DNA of 62,135 bases, counting the filler, from Basidiobolus ranarum (Eukaryota), in NCBI GenBank assembly GCA_040143965.1. It is 17 parts of 17 records of this genome, joined end to end, with 100 filler letters (N's around TTAATTAATTAA, not from the genome) between each part and the next. Parts side by side here need not be neighbours in the genome. Positions count along the whole stretch, not along the records: positions 36,655 to 40,212 come from JASJQH010002416.1; positions 40,313 to 43,869 come from JASJQH010002417.1; positions 43,970 to 47,525 come from JASJQH010002418.1; positions 47,626 to 51,179 come from JASJQH010002419.1; 13 more parts are not named here. One strand, 5' to 3'. Below are positions 37,252-51,279 of this stretch, in pieces; positions within the stretch are counted from its first letter, which is position 1; each line of letters begins with the position of its first letter. A program made the position numbers and the translations under genes. A model generated the notes under the pieces. The model ran no database searches. It was not told the origin of the DNA and was given only the letters and a program-made list of their open reading frames with translations.

Positions 37252-39250
37252 CCTTTATTTAGATATTTTAGACTTTGTATTCCAACCATAATGAGAATCA
37301 AAAAAATAAGAATTTTGTTATGTTTAGTCTCTACATATTCATGCACTGAAATGATTGGACAAAACTCAACAACAATGACATGCTTTACTAGCATACTAAC
37401 AGTGCAAAAATAGTTAAGCATTGGAAATTTTGAAAAGCACTGACACTTAGCAAATAACTCACTCTTGTTACCATTCACAATCAGAATAAGCTTCTGGATT
37501 TTGGTATATTTCTGTAAAGGATTCAGCCAAAATATCCCCAACTTGCAGTCAACAGATGTCCTGCCACAAGTAGATGTGTCATTGCTTGAATAGACCACCC
37601 CAAGGATAAAACAATAATACTGTATATCTCAATCTATCTCACCAAGAAGTCTGTCTTGTAGCTTTCCTAGAATTACCATCATATTACCCTAACAACAATG
37701 AAATTGATTTGATCCAGATTGAATTCACCCTTCTGGATTGCAATACTATCAGAGAACCATCACAATATTGGTGGCTTGCATTCTGGCAGGATTTTGATAG
37801 TGAGATGGTGGCTTCTTGATGGGATTTCATTTGTATTCATACTTAGTGAAATATTGATCCTCATATTTGGCATGAATTATTTATTTTCCAACAATTTTTG
37901 CAAACAACTAGTTTTTGAATGGCAGATTACTGAGTTTTTTGCTGTAGAAATTTGAATAAATATGCATGCCTTTATTTAGATATTTTAAGCTTTGAATTCC
38001 AGCCATAATGAGAATTAAAAAAAACAAGAATCTTATTGTGTTTAGTCTCTATGTATGGACATACTTGACTGATAAGACATAACTCAACAACATCAATATG
38101 CATTATTAGCAAACTAATGGTGGAAAAATTGCTAAACATCCACAATTTTGAATAGCACTGACACTTGGCAAGTGGCTGACTGTTGTTACTATTTACAATA
38201 AGAATAAGCTCTTGGATTTTGGCAAATTCTGCCAAGAATTCAGCCAAATTTTCCCCCACTTGCCATCAACAAATGTCCTGCCACAAATAGATGTGTCAAT
38301 GCTTGAATAGATTACCCCATGGCTAAACAATAATACTGTGTATCTCAATCTATCTCACCAAGAAGTCTGTCCTGCAACATTCCTAAAAATACCATCAGAT
38401 TAACATGCAAACAAATTAGTCCAAATTATAGAGATATTCACTCTGAGTCCATGGATTGAGTTTTGTTGTTGTTATTGTGGTCAAACAATGCAAAATTGGT
38501 GAGCACATTGGAAAGAGCCCTTTGTTGGAATGTTAATATAATCAGGAGTCTCCTTAAATCATTGCATTACATCCATTACTGATTTTGCTGATACATTGTT
38601 AATCCTATTTGTATATGAAAATACAGACAATTTCACATAGAGCATCATTTCACCACAGGTGCACTCCATTGGGCACTCCCAGAATATATAGCAAGGGCCA
38701 ATAATCTCTAAGCTATGTGAAAGATGAAGCAGGGAATGTATTGCATACCAGCATAGATTCAGTCAATCTTCTTAAAACCTGTAATAAAGTTTTCATGTCC
38801 AATTACAAAAATTTTGCACAGTAGCTGTATATGCCTGAGATCTGCCAATGTGAGTTGATGCCATAAGAAATATTAACAATATCCATGAACAACTCCCAGT
38901 TGTGCCAATATTTATTAGGCAGAAATCTTTTCAAGATTCCACTTGAATATATACAAATCCAATACTTCCAGTCTATGCTTTTGAGCAAATGCCTAGATGA
39001 GTAGATATTGATTGGAGTCCTGGTAAAATATGATGGTATCTTGATGTTTTCAAGCATTTTCCAATCAACTCAAACTTTGATCCTATGTTGAATGGCTCAT
39101 TCATATTGAATTTTTGACTACATAGCTGAGTAAGTAGTATTGGAATGTTTTTGAGTAGTAAGTGTATAGTGCCTAATGGGAAGCTCTGGCTCCAGCTGAT
39201 CCCCTTTAGCAATATAATCTAAGGCTTATGGCTAATTATAAGTTTGTTAT
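37252..39250 (-). mobile_element. CACTA/Tnp2-like remnants, two diverged copies of the 3' region (37252-37685 and 37969-38402)
   Basis: Direct repeat of about 430 bp. Motifs WSQSFPLGTIHLLLKNI, IPSYFTRTPINI and LKSIDWKYWICIYS. Confidence 0.7.
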
Positions 39251-40011
39251 TAGAATAACTATTAGGTGAATTGATATCTGTGAACATGTTGAAATCAGAC
39301 TGGGCACTTGATAGTGAAATCATGGAGTTTAGTATTGTATTTGTATAGTAGTAATGCACATGCCTGGTAGAGTAAGCTTTGTTGATTTGAAAAAATCTAC
39401 AGCAATAGACCCTAACAGAAATTTGAGGATTGTTATTGTACAAAAACCATTGCAGTTTTAATCCATTTTGGATTGACTATTTACTTATCAGCATAAAATT
39501 ATCAAGTTAGATTTCATTTTAATCAATTTTTTCAGTTTCAGGAGTGAAAATTCAAGATTTTACAAAATAGTTGCACATGATTGGCTAAAATCTCAGAGAA
39601 CTATCAATCAACACATGTGCAAAAAACATAACTCAAATTTACACATTTACCACTTGAATGCTAATTTGCAACCTTCAAAATCCCTTGTTTCTTTAATATA
39701 TTCACCTGATTATTTTTATAGAGTTCTTCATACCCAAGATTTAACTAATATCCAGCACATGTTTGCATTGATATCTCCATCAAAGCCCACCATCATATAA
39801 ATGTTGCAGAATCAACATTCCTCCAACCATCTGGCAGTTGCCTTGCAATATTGTGCCACTCTGAATTAAGTTCTTCCCAGATATCTGCAAGGTCAACATC
39901 AGACTGAATGTCAAGTTGAATGTTCTTCTTCTAAAGCCACTTTCTGCATACTTGCAATGCATTTTCCCTTCATACTATTGAAAATACTGGTCAAGCCTTT
40001 TACTATTTCTA

Positions 40012-40212
40012 TGTTGAAATTAGCATTGCCTAAACACCTATATATTCATATATAGCTTAGTACTTAGTTATCTTATAATTCACTAAGATATTATCAATTA
40101 TTCTCAATCAGAATTTACTTAGAATATTTTTACCAACCTAGAAGTTCTCAGATATATAGATTTTTCAAACTAGTGCTAGAAGCCCCAAACTTTGCACACA
40201 TGTTCCTGGGAC
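40012..40212 (+). mobile_element. LTR family C, truncated by contig end
   Basis: Begins TGTTGAAATTAGCATTGCCTAAACACC. Confidence 0.92.
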
Positions 40213-40312
40213 NNNNNNNNNNNNNNNNNNNNNNNNNNNNNNNNNNNNNNNNNNNNTTAATTAATTAANNNNNNNNNNNNNNNNNNNNNNNNNNNNNNNN
40301 NNNNNNNNNNNN

Positions 40313-42509
40313 CTTCACTGTTCACACCTGGCCAGTCCCATAAGAAACGAGAGTTCAGCTTGCATACCATTAATAAAAGCAATAGTAGCTCAACAAGCTC
40401 CAAAAGCACTGAACTTGAAGAAGATAAATCTGATACAATCTCTACAGAAATCACGAGCTCTCTGAGTCAAGACAACGATGAACTAAGTACGAGTAACGTG
40501 GCTTGTAAGGTCAAGCGTAGTAATGGAGTTAGAGAACCTTTTGCTCCAGTTAGATCGGAACAAAGAAATAGCGAGGAAACGAAGAGAATACGCTGGGAAG
40601 AACGGGTAAGTTTAAAATAGTAATTCTCATGACTTCTCTATTGTTAAGGTACTGATCATCCCTTACTTGACTTGTAGCAAAGGATACGAAAGGAACGAAG
40701 AAAACGAAAGAAGAAACTAGCTGGTAATCTTCACTTTGATATATATCTAGCGAGACAATGCATATATAAGACATACGCTTATTTATTGAATGATTTCAAA
40801 ACTTTAACATACATATACATCTAAAGAATTGGATCGAAGAAAATCCCTACCAGCTCCAAAGTCACAAATCCGAACAGACGACGGTGAACAGGAAAGCACC
40901 ATAAACATCAGTTCTTCAACCGTACGATATCCAACTATTTCGAAGTCTGTAAGAAACTTCTTCAGTGCTTTTGAAACTGTACTACAAACAAGTAAATATA
41001 AAGAGGCTCAACGATATTCGGCATTATTTGATCACCCTAATGAGACACCTGACAAAGACTCACTGAAAGTTTATGTTGGTACATGGAATATGTATGGGAA
41101 AGTAGGTCGTTATTCTGAAGCTGTGAATTTTAGATCATTTTCATATTAACCAATTGTTCCTGTGGCATTTATAGCCGGCTCCTAAAACACTACATCCATT
41201 TATTGAAACCCCAACCCGGGCACAACCAAGTATTACTCCATATCTTAGTACGAAGCTCACACATCCATACCATTTGCTGGTGATAGGGACACAGGAGTGC
41301 CAACGTCCGATCTCTGAATCCGTCTTATTTCCATCAAAAGAGGAGTGGGAAAATCAACTGATAGAATTGTTAGGGCCGCAGTATGTATTAGTAAAGACTG
41401 AGACTATGGTGGCTTTGCATTTGGCCGTATTCGTGTGGAAAGAGTGTAAGCACTGGATCAAAGGTATGTGACTTTTTAGGCATTCTTTTTAATGACGGTA
41501 TACTCAACTGTATTCCTCATAAAGCGAAGCATTCTGGGCAAGTAGCCACCGGCATCGGTGGAGTAATTGCCAACAAGGGTGGAGTTGGAATCTCTTTACT
41601 CTTTGGAACTACCTCATTTCTCTTCATTAATAGTCACTTCACAGGTAAATCGAAGTAAATACAACTTTAATTTCTGATTTATTTGTAGACTGAGTATTCT
41701 TTGCTTCTGGAATCATTTAGCGCATGAGCACAAGGTAGTTGAGAGAAACTACGATTATAGACGCATCGAAAAAGAATTAAGATTGGATGGGTATATTCCA
41801 ACTGATGGTAAACTATCTATTTATAAAGGTTGAAGATATATGTGCTAAACTATCCTAATTATAGAGAAAGCAGCTTTTGCAAGTGATCGATTTGATTACA
41901 CTTTCTGGTTTGGTGACCTGAATTACAGAGTTGCAGAGAAGCGTTCTGTAATCGATACAAAATTACGGGAAGGAGACCTAAAGGTACCAATAACTTTATC
42001 TTGATAGCGTTGCTCTCGCCCTAATTCTATTATAACCATAGTATTTGCATGCGCGTGAACAGCTAATGATAGAGCGCCAAAATGGAAATGTGTTCAATGG
42101 ATTTGAAGAGGGACCAGTAAACTTCCCACCCACCTATAAGTTTGATGTAGTTCCACATAGCCCCTCCTCGTTAAGCCCAGATGATAATGGCGAGCAATTT
42201 AGTGGTTCTGATATTTACGATTCGAGTAGTAAGGCACGGATACCTTCATGGACTGATCGAGTACTTTACAAAGGAAAAGGTGGAAAAGTTAAAGTAGATC
42301 AATACACTTCCATCATGAATATGCGCGGATCCGACCATAAGCCTGTTGTTGGCATCTTTTCAGTAGAGTTTGATTGGAGGAAAGAGCTGATCTTGGAACT
42401 TCAGAAGTCATTTGAGCAGGGAACTGTGGCTCAAACGATTGAACAACAGAGAGACCTGATGCTGGCTAAATTGGCCAAGGAGCAGAACTCCTTCTGTGCC
42501 ATGCAGTAA
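40313..42509 (+). CDS. Inositol polyphosphate 5-phosphatase, INPP5E-like, 5' truncated, multi-exon
   Basis: VGTWNM, IGTQE, NKGGVG...FLFINSHFT, WFGDLNYRV, PPTYKFD, PSWTDRVLY, SDHKPV. Ends CAMQ* (CaaX). Confidence 0.93.
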
Positions 42510-43969
42510 CTTTACTTTCGATATGAACCTTGGCAATTCAAAAGTCTGTTTTTGGTTTAATAAATGGACAATAATGCTGATGTGAAAGCACCATCCATGG
42601 AGTAAAGAGTTGCAAGTCAACCTCACCTCACTCATAGGCATCAACCGGCTGTTAAGGTAGTGGATATTCACGAATTGTTTTTATATAGATTCCATTTAGA
42701 GGATTTCTTCTGAAATATTTTTCAGTAGCTACTCAAATAAAGATATCAATTCTTCCGCAAACATTGCCTCATTGCGTCTAGTGGATGCATAGAGCTTTCT
42801 ATTGATGGATTTCATAGACTCCTGTCTATAGTTCCGTAATAGTGGATGAACTCGCGGGTATTGACCAAATCCATCCATAGTAAGTTGTTCGCGGGTTTCT
42901 AGAAGGATCATTGAATCTTTGATAATGGGAAAGGGGAGTGAGTTTCTTATCAAGTAGCAAAGAAAACTCCTCTTCTGCCTAGACTGACCTTGGTGTATTA
43001 TTTGGAAGTAATGACTCGTTGTCTGTATCCTTTCAAATCGTTTGCTAGCTTGAAGACGTAAAAGCATACTCAATTTTGAATGTGCTATCTAAATTCCAGT
43101 ACAAATGTTGATGGAAAACACTTGACAGAAATACTTCAAAGTATCGGTTCAGGATACTTTCCCAGTGCATATATTCTGATATTTGGAACACACTCATTCA
43201 GGTGGTATGCGTGATGTTCATTGTACTGGTCTACCAAATGGGTTGTAAAATAAATGCTCAATATAACATGAATGCAAGTACCACAGACTCATAGTATATA
43301 CGAAAGCCTTTAGTCAAACATTAGGTCTAAGATCCGATTAAAAACACCTTTGATTTCCGTAATGCTAGAAGTAACATGACTTCCGAAACTTTTCTCTTTG
43401 GGTAACTATTATGACTCAATGCTAACACTGCTCATCCGTTACCATATTATACTAATCGCATGATATCATCAACATGCCCTGAACAGCCAAACACGTATAA
43501 GCCTAATGCCACTTGCCCATTTCATCCATAAAATTAACTTTACATTCAACTGAAATAAACTGGAGATATGAAGATACAATGTGGAATTCTGGTGTTACAC
43601 AGACAACACGTATGTACTGTTGATTACTGTAAGCAAATCTTCAGTAGAGGAAATACTCGATGACCAATTGTTCTCTTATGACTGGTTGACCCAACGGTAA
43701 GGTTATCCTTTTCAGGAGATGTTGCCCTAAGAGGCCCTCGATATTGGCCTATGCTTAAAAGCAGAATACTGGGTGATTCCCAGGATTTGGCGAAGCCGGT
43801 AGTAGGTACAAATATGTGGTTTTTGGTGTACGTTTGATTTGATTATCCTTTTGATCGATAATGTCAGAGNNNNNNNNNNNNNNNNNNNNNNNNNNNNNNN
43901 NNNNNNNNNNNNNTTAATTAATTAANNNNNNNNNNNNNNNNNNNNNNNNNNNNNNNNNNNNNNNNNNNN

Positions 43970-44034
43970 ACCATACTCAATACTTTCCTCTTTGGGAATT
44001 ACTGCTTGTACCACAAGTCACCAGACTTTCAACA
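43970..44034 (-). mobile_element. Terminal 65 bp of a second copy of the tRNA-containing LTR family
   Basis: Reverse complement closely matches 36937-37001. Confidence 0.85.
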
Positions 44035-44287
44035 GTTGTGAGATGTCCTAAGGGTACACTAACTACAGTTGAACAACTCTGGGATATACTGTAATATCAG
44101 TATGTCTCTTGCCTCTTGGGTCTTTGTAAAAAGGTAATATAGCCTCTTTAAATGTCTAAGGACTACTAAATAACATTGTATTTTCTGGTTTTCTGTTTAA
44201 TAATATGCAAGCATCTGGCTAAAGTATATATTGGCTTTTATATCCTTTGTGAATTATCAGATAAACAGAGTGTATTCAAGCATAAAC

Positions 44288-44639
44288 TGATAAAAGTGTA
44301 TAGGGGATTTGGAAGTGTTTTAGACAAGATTTGGAATTGTGAATTAGACACTTGAGTTTTGTTGATTTGAATATGTCTTATTTATAGTTTACTATGAAAT
44401 AGGACTATTGGATGTGCTCAGATCATCACAAACATGCCTGTTAAGCATGGGTGAAAATTTGAGGTGATTTGGAGAAGTTTTGAGAAAATGGTGAAAATTG
44501 GTAAAAGTGATCTAATTGATTGAAAGATCAATTAGAGCAATAAACACATGTTTTTGAATCTGAGAATTGAGTGCTAAATAATCAGAATATGAATAAACTA
44601 ACTACTAAATAATGAATTGCTATTTACCTAATTTCAACA
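44288..44639 (-). mobile_element. Solo LTR, family A (352 bp), with 5-bp target-site duplication TAAAC
   Basis: TAAAC at 44283-44287 and 44640-44644 flank TGATAAAAG...TTTCAACA. Confidence 0.93.
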
Positions 44640-45279
44640 TAAACAAGTGTGTACTTAGCTAGCAGTGTCCAAAGTGAAGATGCAGTAGTAGTGCACTATC
44701 TAAGGATATGAAGAAGTTCCTTACCTTTGCACACAAAGTGAGGAGAAAATTTGCATAGCATTAAATATGACATCTACCTGTCAGTACCTTGTTTGAGCCA
44801 GTCAAGCACTTTCTAGTGATACAGTTGCTGATACCTATCTCTGGTAGTCTCTCTTGAGCTCCCTCTACAAAGTGCTTATAGGCAGTGGTAAAATTAGAGG
44901 CAAATATAGGTTGTCTCTGTTAGTTGAAACCAGGATGAAAGTAATAGAATTGACCACTAATGAGAATTTCTAGAAAGTTTTGGAGTATTTTATAGGTGGG
45001 ATCTGTGGACATGCTATTATCATAAATCTATGGAATGTTCTGCAAAGTTGCAGAATGGTCCAGAGAGTCATGATATATTTTGGTAAAATCAAGCTTTAAT
45101 TGGTCCCAGTTCAATCAAATATCAAATATTCCACAAAACCTATGTAATGTTGGGGAAGATAGGAGCAGTTTCTAGCAAAAAATAGGGCAATTTTAGGTTA
45201 ATATTGATAGATCTCAATTATTAGGATATAGTATTAACAGTATGTTTGAATGAGAAAAGAATGGGGAGTATTTTCAAAA

Positions 45280-46100
45280 GTATGAAGGGATGAATGCAGT
45301 GCATGTGTGCACAAAGTGGCTTCAGAAGAAGAACATTCAACTTGACATTTAGTCTGCTGTTGACTGTTTCACAAGTAAAAATTATGAAGCTATTGTACAG
45401 GTAATAATATAGCCATGTTGCAACTAATAGCGTGTTCTGAAGCAACTAGCTATCAATTAAAGAGTCACTCAACAATAACAAAGGACTTCCAAATTAATGT
45501 GCTTTTAACTATGGCAACAGGATGCTCTCACTGCCCAGTTTCATAATGGATTTCAATCAATCCCTTGCCATGTGTATGAAGATCACCATGACAATCCAGC
45601 CAAGGAGTATGTATGTTCAACCATTAAGTCTGTACAATGGTCAAAAATTGCTTGGGCACAAGAAGTAGAAATCAAATAGGAACATCAGTAAACCCAACAT
45701 TTCTGAATGTCAGAGCTACTGTCATGAACTTTAATGAGGAATATTTTAACATTATGGAAATTGTGTGGAATCTTACCAAAGATCACCTTGATTTGCAACA
45801 ATGGTGGAAAATCCAAAAATTTGGCATTGCTCAGAAAGCAGTCAACGTAGGTGAAGTGTCATATCCTGTAGTTTTAAAAGCAAATGGCAATTGTGTTAAT
45901 AAAGGCCTACTCATGTAACATTGTAGACATGTATGCTATTATCAACAAGGAAGAGAAAGAAAAGCAGCAAAAGCTGTACACAAGTATCCAGAATTTGGTA
46001 AACCCAAGGGAACAGTAGAGGAGCCAGTGACAATCAAAGACCAGGCAGTACTGAGAAGGATCTTAGCTAGTAAACAACAACAATGATTAACTTCAAACAT
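45280..46100 (+). mobile_element. Unclassified degenerate repeat, possibly a DNA-transposon ORF remnant
   Basis: CpG-poor. Shares SGFRRRTFNLTFSL with 39780-39962 (minus). GLLM*HCRHV weakly resembles a SWIM finger. Confidence 0.35.
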
Positions 46101-46134
46101 AGTAATAGCCAATCTTGCATGTATCTCAAGTGGG

Positions 46135-47525
46135 TAAATAACAGTGATTGCATGTTTTTGTATGTATCCTAAGTCTGCAAATAACTTCCTTAGCCACATA
46201 GCTTTTTGTGCAGAAGCAGAGGCAGCTATATACTCTGCTTTGGTACTGGAAAGGGATTGAGTTAGCTGCTTCTTACTATTCCAAGTTATGGCACCATTAC
46301 CATTAAGAAAAGTATGACCAGTTGTTGCTCTTTTGTCATCAAGGTTTCTTCCCCAGTTGGCATCATGGTAATCTTCAGAGTTTCCTGCATTAGGAGTGAG
46401 AGAGTATTCCAGAACTAGATCTACAGTTCCTCTCAAATAACTGAATATTCTTTGGACTATAGTTTTGTGTGTAGATGCTGAACTTTTGAGATAATGGCTT
46501 ATAGTTCTCACTGCTACAGCAATGTCTTGACAAGTTCCAAGCAATGTATAGATTAAACTAAACATTATTGTTTGATAAGGGGACTTGTGGCTCCAGTCAT
46601 CCACATATAGGGCCAAGGGAAAAATCCTTTTTCAGGTTGCTTTGAAATAAACATTGTGATCTACTGTGCATTTTTGGAATCCCAGTGATTCCAAGTAGAC
46701 ATCTATCTTATTGAGCCATGCCCTGGGTGCTTGAATAAGCCCATTTGCCATTTTTGCAGCTCACACAGCATACCAGGGTGCTTAGGGTTGACAAATTCAT
46801 CTGATTGCTCCGTGAAGATTTCATCTTTTAAATATCCATTCAGAAAAGATGTTTTACATCATTGCAATGTAAATCATGGTTATGCATGGCCAGGAGTGTC
46901 AAGATTGCTCTAATGGAGCCAAACTTTGCTACTGGAGCAAATGTTTCATCAAAATCAACTCCTGGAGCTGGTAATAACCTCTTGCAACTAATGTTCCTTT
47001 CTACCATTCTGTAGTTCCATCATCCCAATTTCAACTTTGTCCACCCATTAGCAACCTACTGGCTGTCGTGCTGATGGTCGAGGACTTAGAACCCATGTTT
47101 TATTGTCTTACAGTGAAGAAAGCTCATAAGATATTGTATTTTCCAATAATTTTAATTCTGGACACTCCAGAGCTAGATCTATTGTGTATGGCTTATCACA
47201 GAATGCTGAATAAGTGTAGACATCAGCATTGGAGGTGGCCCACCAGTTCCATGGCTTATTCCTCCTTCTGGATGATCTTCTGGGTCATGAGTCATCCCCA
47301 GGTGTAACTGGGACTGAACTTTGGTTTAATAGGGCCCAGATATAGCTGAAAGTTTGTCAGACACTTCCTGAATAGTGCTGATTGTGTTTTCTGGATGAAA
47401 GACTGCAATTTGAGGTGAAAAATAAGCTTTTTCATCAATATTCATATCTCTGCACACAATTAACTTCTGATTTTTGGCATCAAACAGTCGGTAAGCCTTA
47501 GATCCATCAAACTAACCAAGTATTA
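46135..47525 (-). mobile_element. Degenerate copia RT/RNase H
   Basis: LYVDD, YHDANWG, AITWNSKKQ, KAEYIAA, MWLRKL. Confidence 0.92.
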
Positions 47526-48041
47526 NNNNNNNNNNNNNNNNNNNNNNNNNNNNNNNNNNNNNNNNNNNNTTAATTAATTAANNNNNNNNNNNNNNNNNNN
47601 NNNNNNNNNNNNNNNNNNNNNNNNNATACTGTACACCGTTAGGAATATCGCTAATGGTCCAATAGTTTTTAGGCTTTCCCAACCTTCTACAAGCTTTAGT
47701 AGGGAACAAGAGTAATACAAACTACCAAGAGCGTATATGTTACAGTATACATTTGAAAATGGGCTCAGATATATGAAATTCCTCATAATGATGTATCAAG
47801 CAACCCAAAAAAAGGATCTTGTATTACGCAGCGGTTTGATTTAAGTGCTAATTTAATGTTAAGTCAAGATTTGATAATTTCTGCCCACATTGGATATTGG
47901 TGGATTCTGTTTATGACAGAACTAACAACCAACATATGTTCGAGTTGTACAAATGCCAAGAGATAGGTAACATGATGCATTTATAAGTTTGACCTGTCTG
48001 TAGAATGAAAATCCTACTAACCTTAATCCCATTCGATCCAA

Positions 48042-48635
48042 ATGAACTTACTTCATTTTGTTTTGGTAGTCTTCTCGTTGTCATACACCTCTCTTGCTCA
48101 AAATCCACAGTGCGATATTTCAAGCGTCCAAACTTCTCCCATATGTCCTCAAACCAGTCAGCGTTGTTTTATTCAATCTGAGGGTTTTTACTGTCTACCC
48201 AGTAGCACTCAAGGCTGTTTTGTTGACTCAAATAAGGTTGAATTTCAACCTATTATTACAACCTCAAATACCTCTTGTTTCCATTGTGAATCGCCTTCAA
48301 ATCCCTCTCTTCGCGATAAATTTTTGAAATGGGCGTTCGGACCTAATGCAAGCCAACAATCTCCATATTTTGGAAATTGTGCAAGTAACACATTATTTTG
48401 TGACAAAGATAATATATGCAAGGAAAAGTTTCAAGATGGAAATGCCTGTTCCGATACACTTCAGTGCTCTAGCCCTGGTACTTGTAGAGACGGGACTTGT
48501 CAAAGTCAGAGCAAGTGGGATAAAGTTAAGACTGTAGTTTATACTATGCTATCTATACTTTTCTGTTTGATTGTCTTAGTGGTGGCCTTTTTTGTCTTCT
48601 GTTCAAGAAATACTATCATATTTTGTCCAATATGA
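48042..48635 (+). CDS. Cys-rich single-pass membrane protein (hypothetical)
   Basis: Signal-like N-terminus, 14 Cys in the ectodomain, hydrophobic C-terminal segment VVYTMLSILFCLIVLVVAFFVFC. Confidence 0.8.
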   Translation: MNLLHFVLVVFSLSYTSLAQNPQCDISSVQTSPICPQTSQRCFIQSEGFYCLPSSTQGCFVDSNKVEFQPIITTSNTSCFHCESPSNPSLRDKFLKWAFGPNASQQSPYFGNCASNTLFCDKDNICKEKFQDGNACSDTLQCSSPGTCRDGTCQSQSKWDKVKTVVYTMLSILFCLIVLVVAFFVFCSRNTIIFCPI

Positions 48636-48951
48636 TCTTCATTCTTGTTATTAAATTAGATGCTCAACATATAAGATTCACCGACTTTTTTCATTCATAT
48701 CCTTAACTAAAATCATAATTTGTCTAATTGAGCATAATCTGAATAAAATATTTCATAACTTATAAAGAAATCACACTCTGCAGCTACGTAATCAAAATTA
48801 TGAAAATTGATGTGAATGGTGACCGGAGAGGGAGGGACTAGGAAACTAAAATCACTCGTAGCATACGTATTTTTGGTATCTACAATATTGATTTATTTCT
48901 TGGGTTTTTTTATTGTAGTTTATTTCCTTTACTCTAGCCACTCTTGTTAAA

Positions 48952-50109
48952 ATGGAACGTCAAAGCGAATTACCCAGAGGCGGTTTCAGCTTCGAAAATT
49001 TCAAGAGGTAACTTGAAAGTTGCTGTCTTTAGAACTGAAAACTTTTTCTTCGAAAATCCTTAAGAGAAGAGTTACTCACTTGCTGATTACTTTTAGAAAC
49101 GCTGTTCTTGAAGCCAAAGGTTTACCTTTACCTAAGGCCACTAAAACTGGTACTACTATTGTCGGCTTGATTTACAAGGTTAGTTTATTTCATCATCATC
49201 AGAATATAGAGTTGCTGACTAATCCTTACTTTGAAATAGGATGGTGTTGTGTTAGGTGCCGATACTCGTGCAACTGAAGGGCCCATCGTTGCTGACAAGA
49301 ATTGCGAAAAGATTCATTACCTTGCACCTAATATGTGGTGTTGTGGTGCTGGTACTGCTGCCGACACCGAGTTTACTACTGCCTTGATCAGCAGTGAACT
49401 TGAATTGCATCGTCTTTCTACTGGACGTGAAGCTAGAGTAGTTACTGCCATGACGATGTTAAAGCAGATGCTTTTCAAGTAATACTTTTGCCCTTTAGCT
49501 GCTTTTCAAGTAATTTGCATCTTACTCACTGACGAATTGCATATATAGATACCAAGGTCATATCGGTGCTGCTCTCGTACTCGGTGGTTATGATATTCAT
49601 GGCCCACAGCTATTCACTATTTACCCACACGGTAGTACTGATAAACTTCCTTATGTTACCATGGGCTCTGGCTCTTTGGCTGCCATGTCAGTTTTTGAAA
49701 GTCGTTGGAAGAGCAATATGGAAGTAAGTAGGAAATTCCATTGTTTGCGTAGCTCAATTCAAAAGTAACCATCTTCTTATTACACTTAATAGCGCCAAGA
49801 AGCAATTGAACTTGTAAAGGATGCCATCGAGGCTGGTATCTTCAACGATCTTGGATCTGGTTCCAACGTAGATGTTTGCGTAATTGAGAAGGGTAAATAT
49901 GAGATGTTACGTAACTACGCTAAGCCCAACGAGCGTGGTGTTAAGGAATTGAACTATACCTTCAAGCCTGGAACTACAGGTAAACAATGTTTACAACATC
50001 CTTTTTCATATCTTATTCATCACTAACTTTTTGATATGTAGCCGTCTTAAAAACCGATATTTATAGTTTGGTTGAGGTAACTGAAGATGCCATGGAGATT
50101 TCGGCATAG
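48952..50109 (+). CDS. PUP1: 20S proteasome subunit beta-2 (PSMB7 ortholog), multi-exon
   Basis: GGFSFEN propeptide, KTG/TTIVG with catalytic Thr, [34 protein letters not shown]. Confidence 0.97.
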
Positions 50110-51279
50110 GAGCAAGACAAAGTCTGATTTATTAAATTCCTCTATCTATCTTTTTAATGACATTTCGACTCATTTTATGAATGAAACCAAAACGAAAGCT
50201 TATATCAGCAACATCTGTATATGGACTTGATCAGCCTTATGTAGCCTTTCGCATTGAATAAACATGTTAAACATGAGCCGATTTGGGGATATATCTATGT
50301 AGTGTACGTAATAAACAATCTCTTGGATAAGAAATCTCACTCAAGCACAGAATAGGATTCAAATTGTATAATACAGTTCAACGATGAAGCCGAAGGAAAC
50401 CATTATTTTTGTTGATTAATACTTGGCATAATAGCCACACAACTAACTATTGATGGAACGCCTTGTTGCTATGTGTTATTGGATAATAGCAGACCTTTTG
50501 TTGGACACACTCCATCAAATGGCTACAGTAGATTACATACAAAGTCACCTGTTGAAGCTCTTATACTGTCAGTGAATTTAGCTAACACGAGGTATAACCA
50601 TCAGTCTTTGTTCGTAGTCGATAGAAATGTTGTCGCTCAGTTCAAACTATATGTCACCAACTTATAAAAGAGGTGTATGCTATTGACCACATAACTCATT
50701 TATTTTATCTGTGTTTCTAAAAAATCCAGCTAGATTTCCAATCGCCTCCATGAGGATCGTTGGAGGACCATACATAATTATAGTATAATCAAGGTAAAAT
50801 TCCGCAATGGCTCAGAATAATATAGAATTTGTGAATAATCTACTGGCTTTACTACTAATCAAAGTCGTAGTACTTCTCTGAGACACGCGTAACAGATTTG
50901 CTGAATAATTATGCCCAGATGTCTGTCCTGTTTATTGGAGGGGGAATATGCCCATTTCTACATTCCCTTGATTAGTGATATATTGACAAATCTTTATGCG
51001 CAGACTGTGCCTGTGAAGAGATGTGCCGCGTAGTATGAAATTATATCCATTAGATATCCTACTGTATAGATTCATTTGCCATGCTGACAAGAAACATGCC
51101 CTCACATGGATCTAGTTTCAACCTATCATTGAAGTGAATAAGCAACTGGATTATTCAGTCGTTCAATCTATTGGCAAATNNNNNNNNNNNNNNNNNNNNN
51201 NNNNNNNNNNNNNNNNNNNNNNNTTAATTAATTAANNNNNNNNNNNNNNNNNNNNNNNNNNNNNNNNNNNNNNNNNNNN

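Noticed and set aside
42729..43073. 114-aa minus-strand ORF downstream of the phosphatase
   Set aside because: Non-ATG start, no recognisable motif, and neighbouring frames are full of stops.
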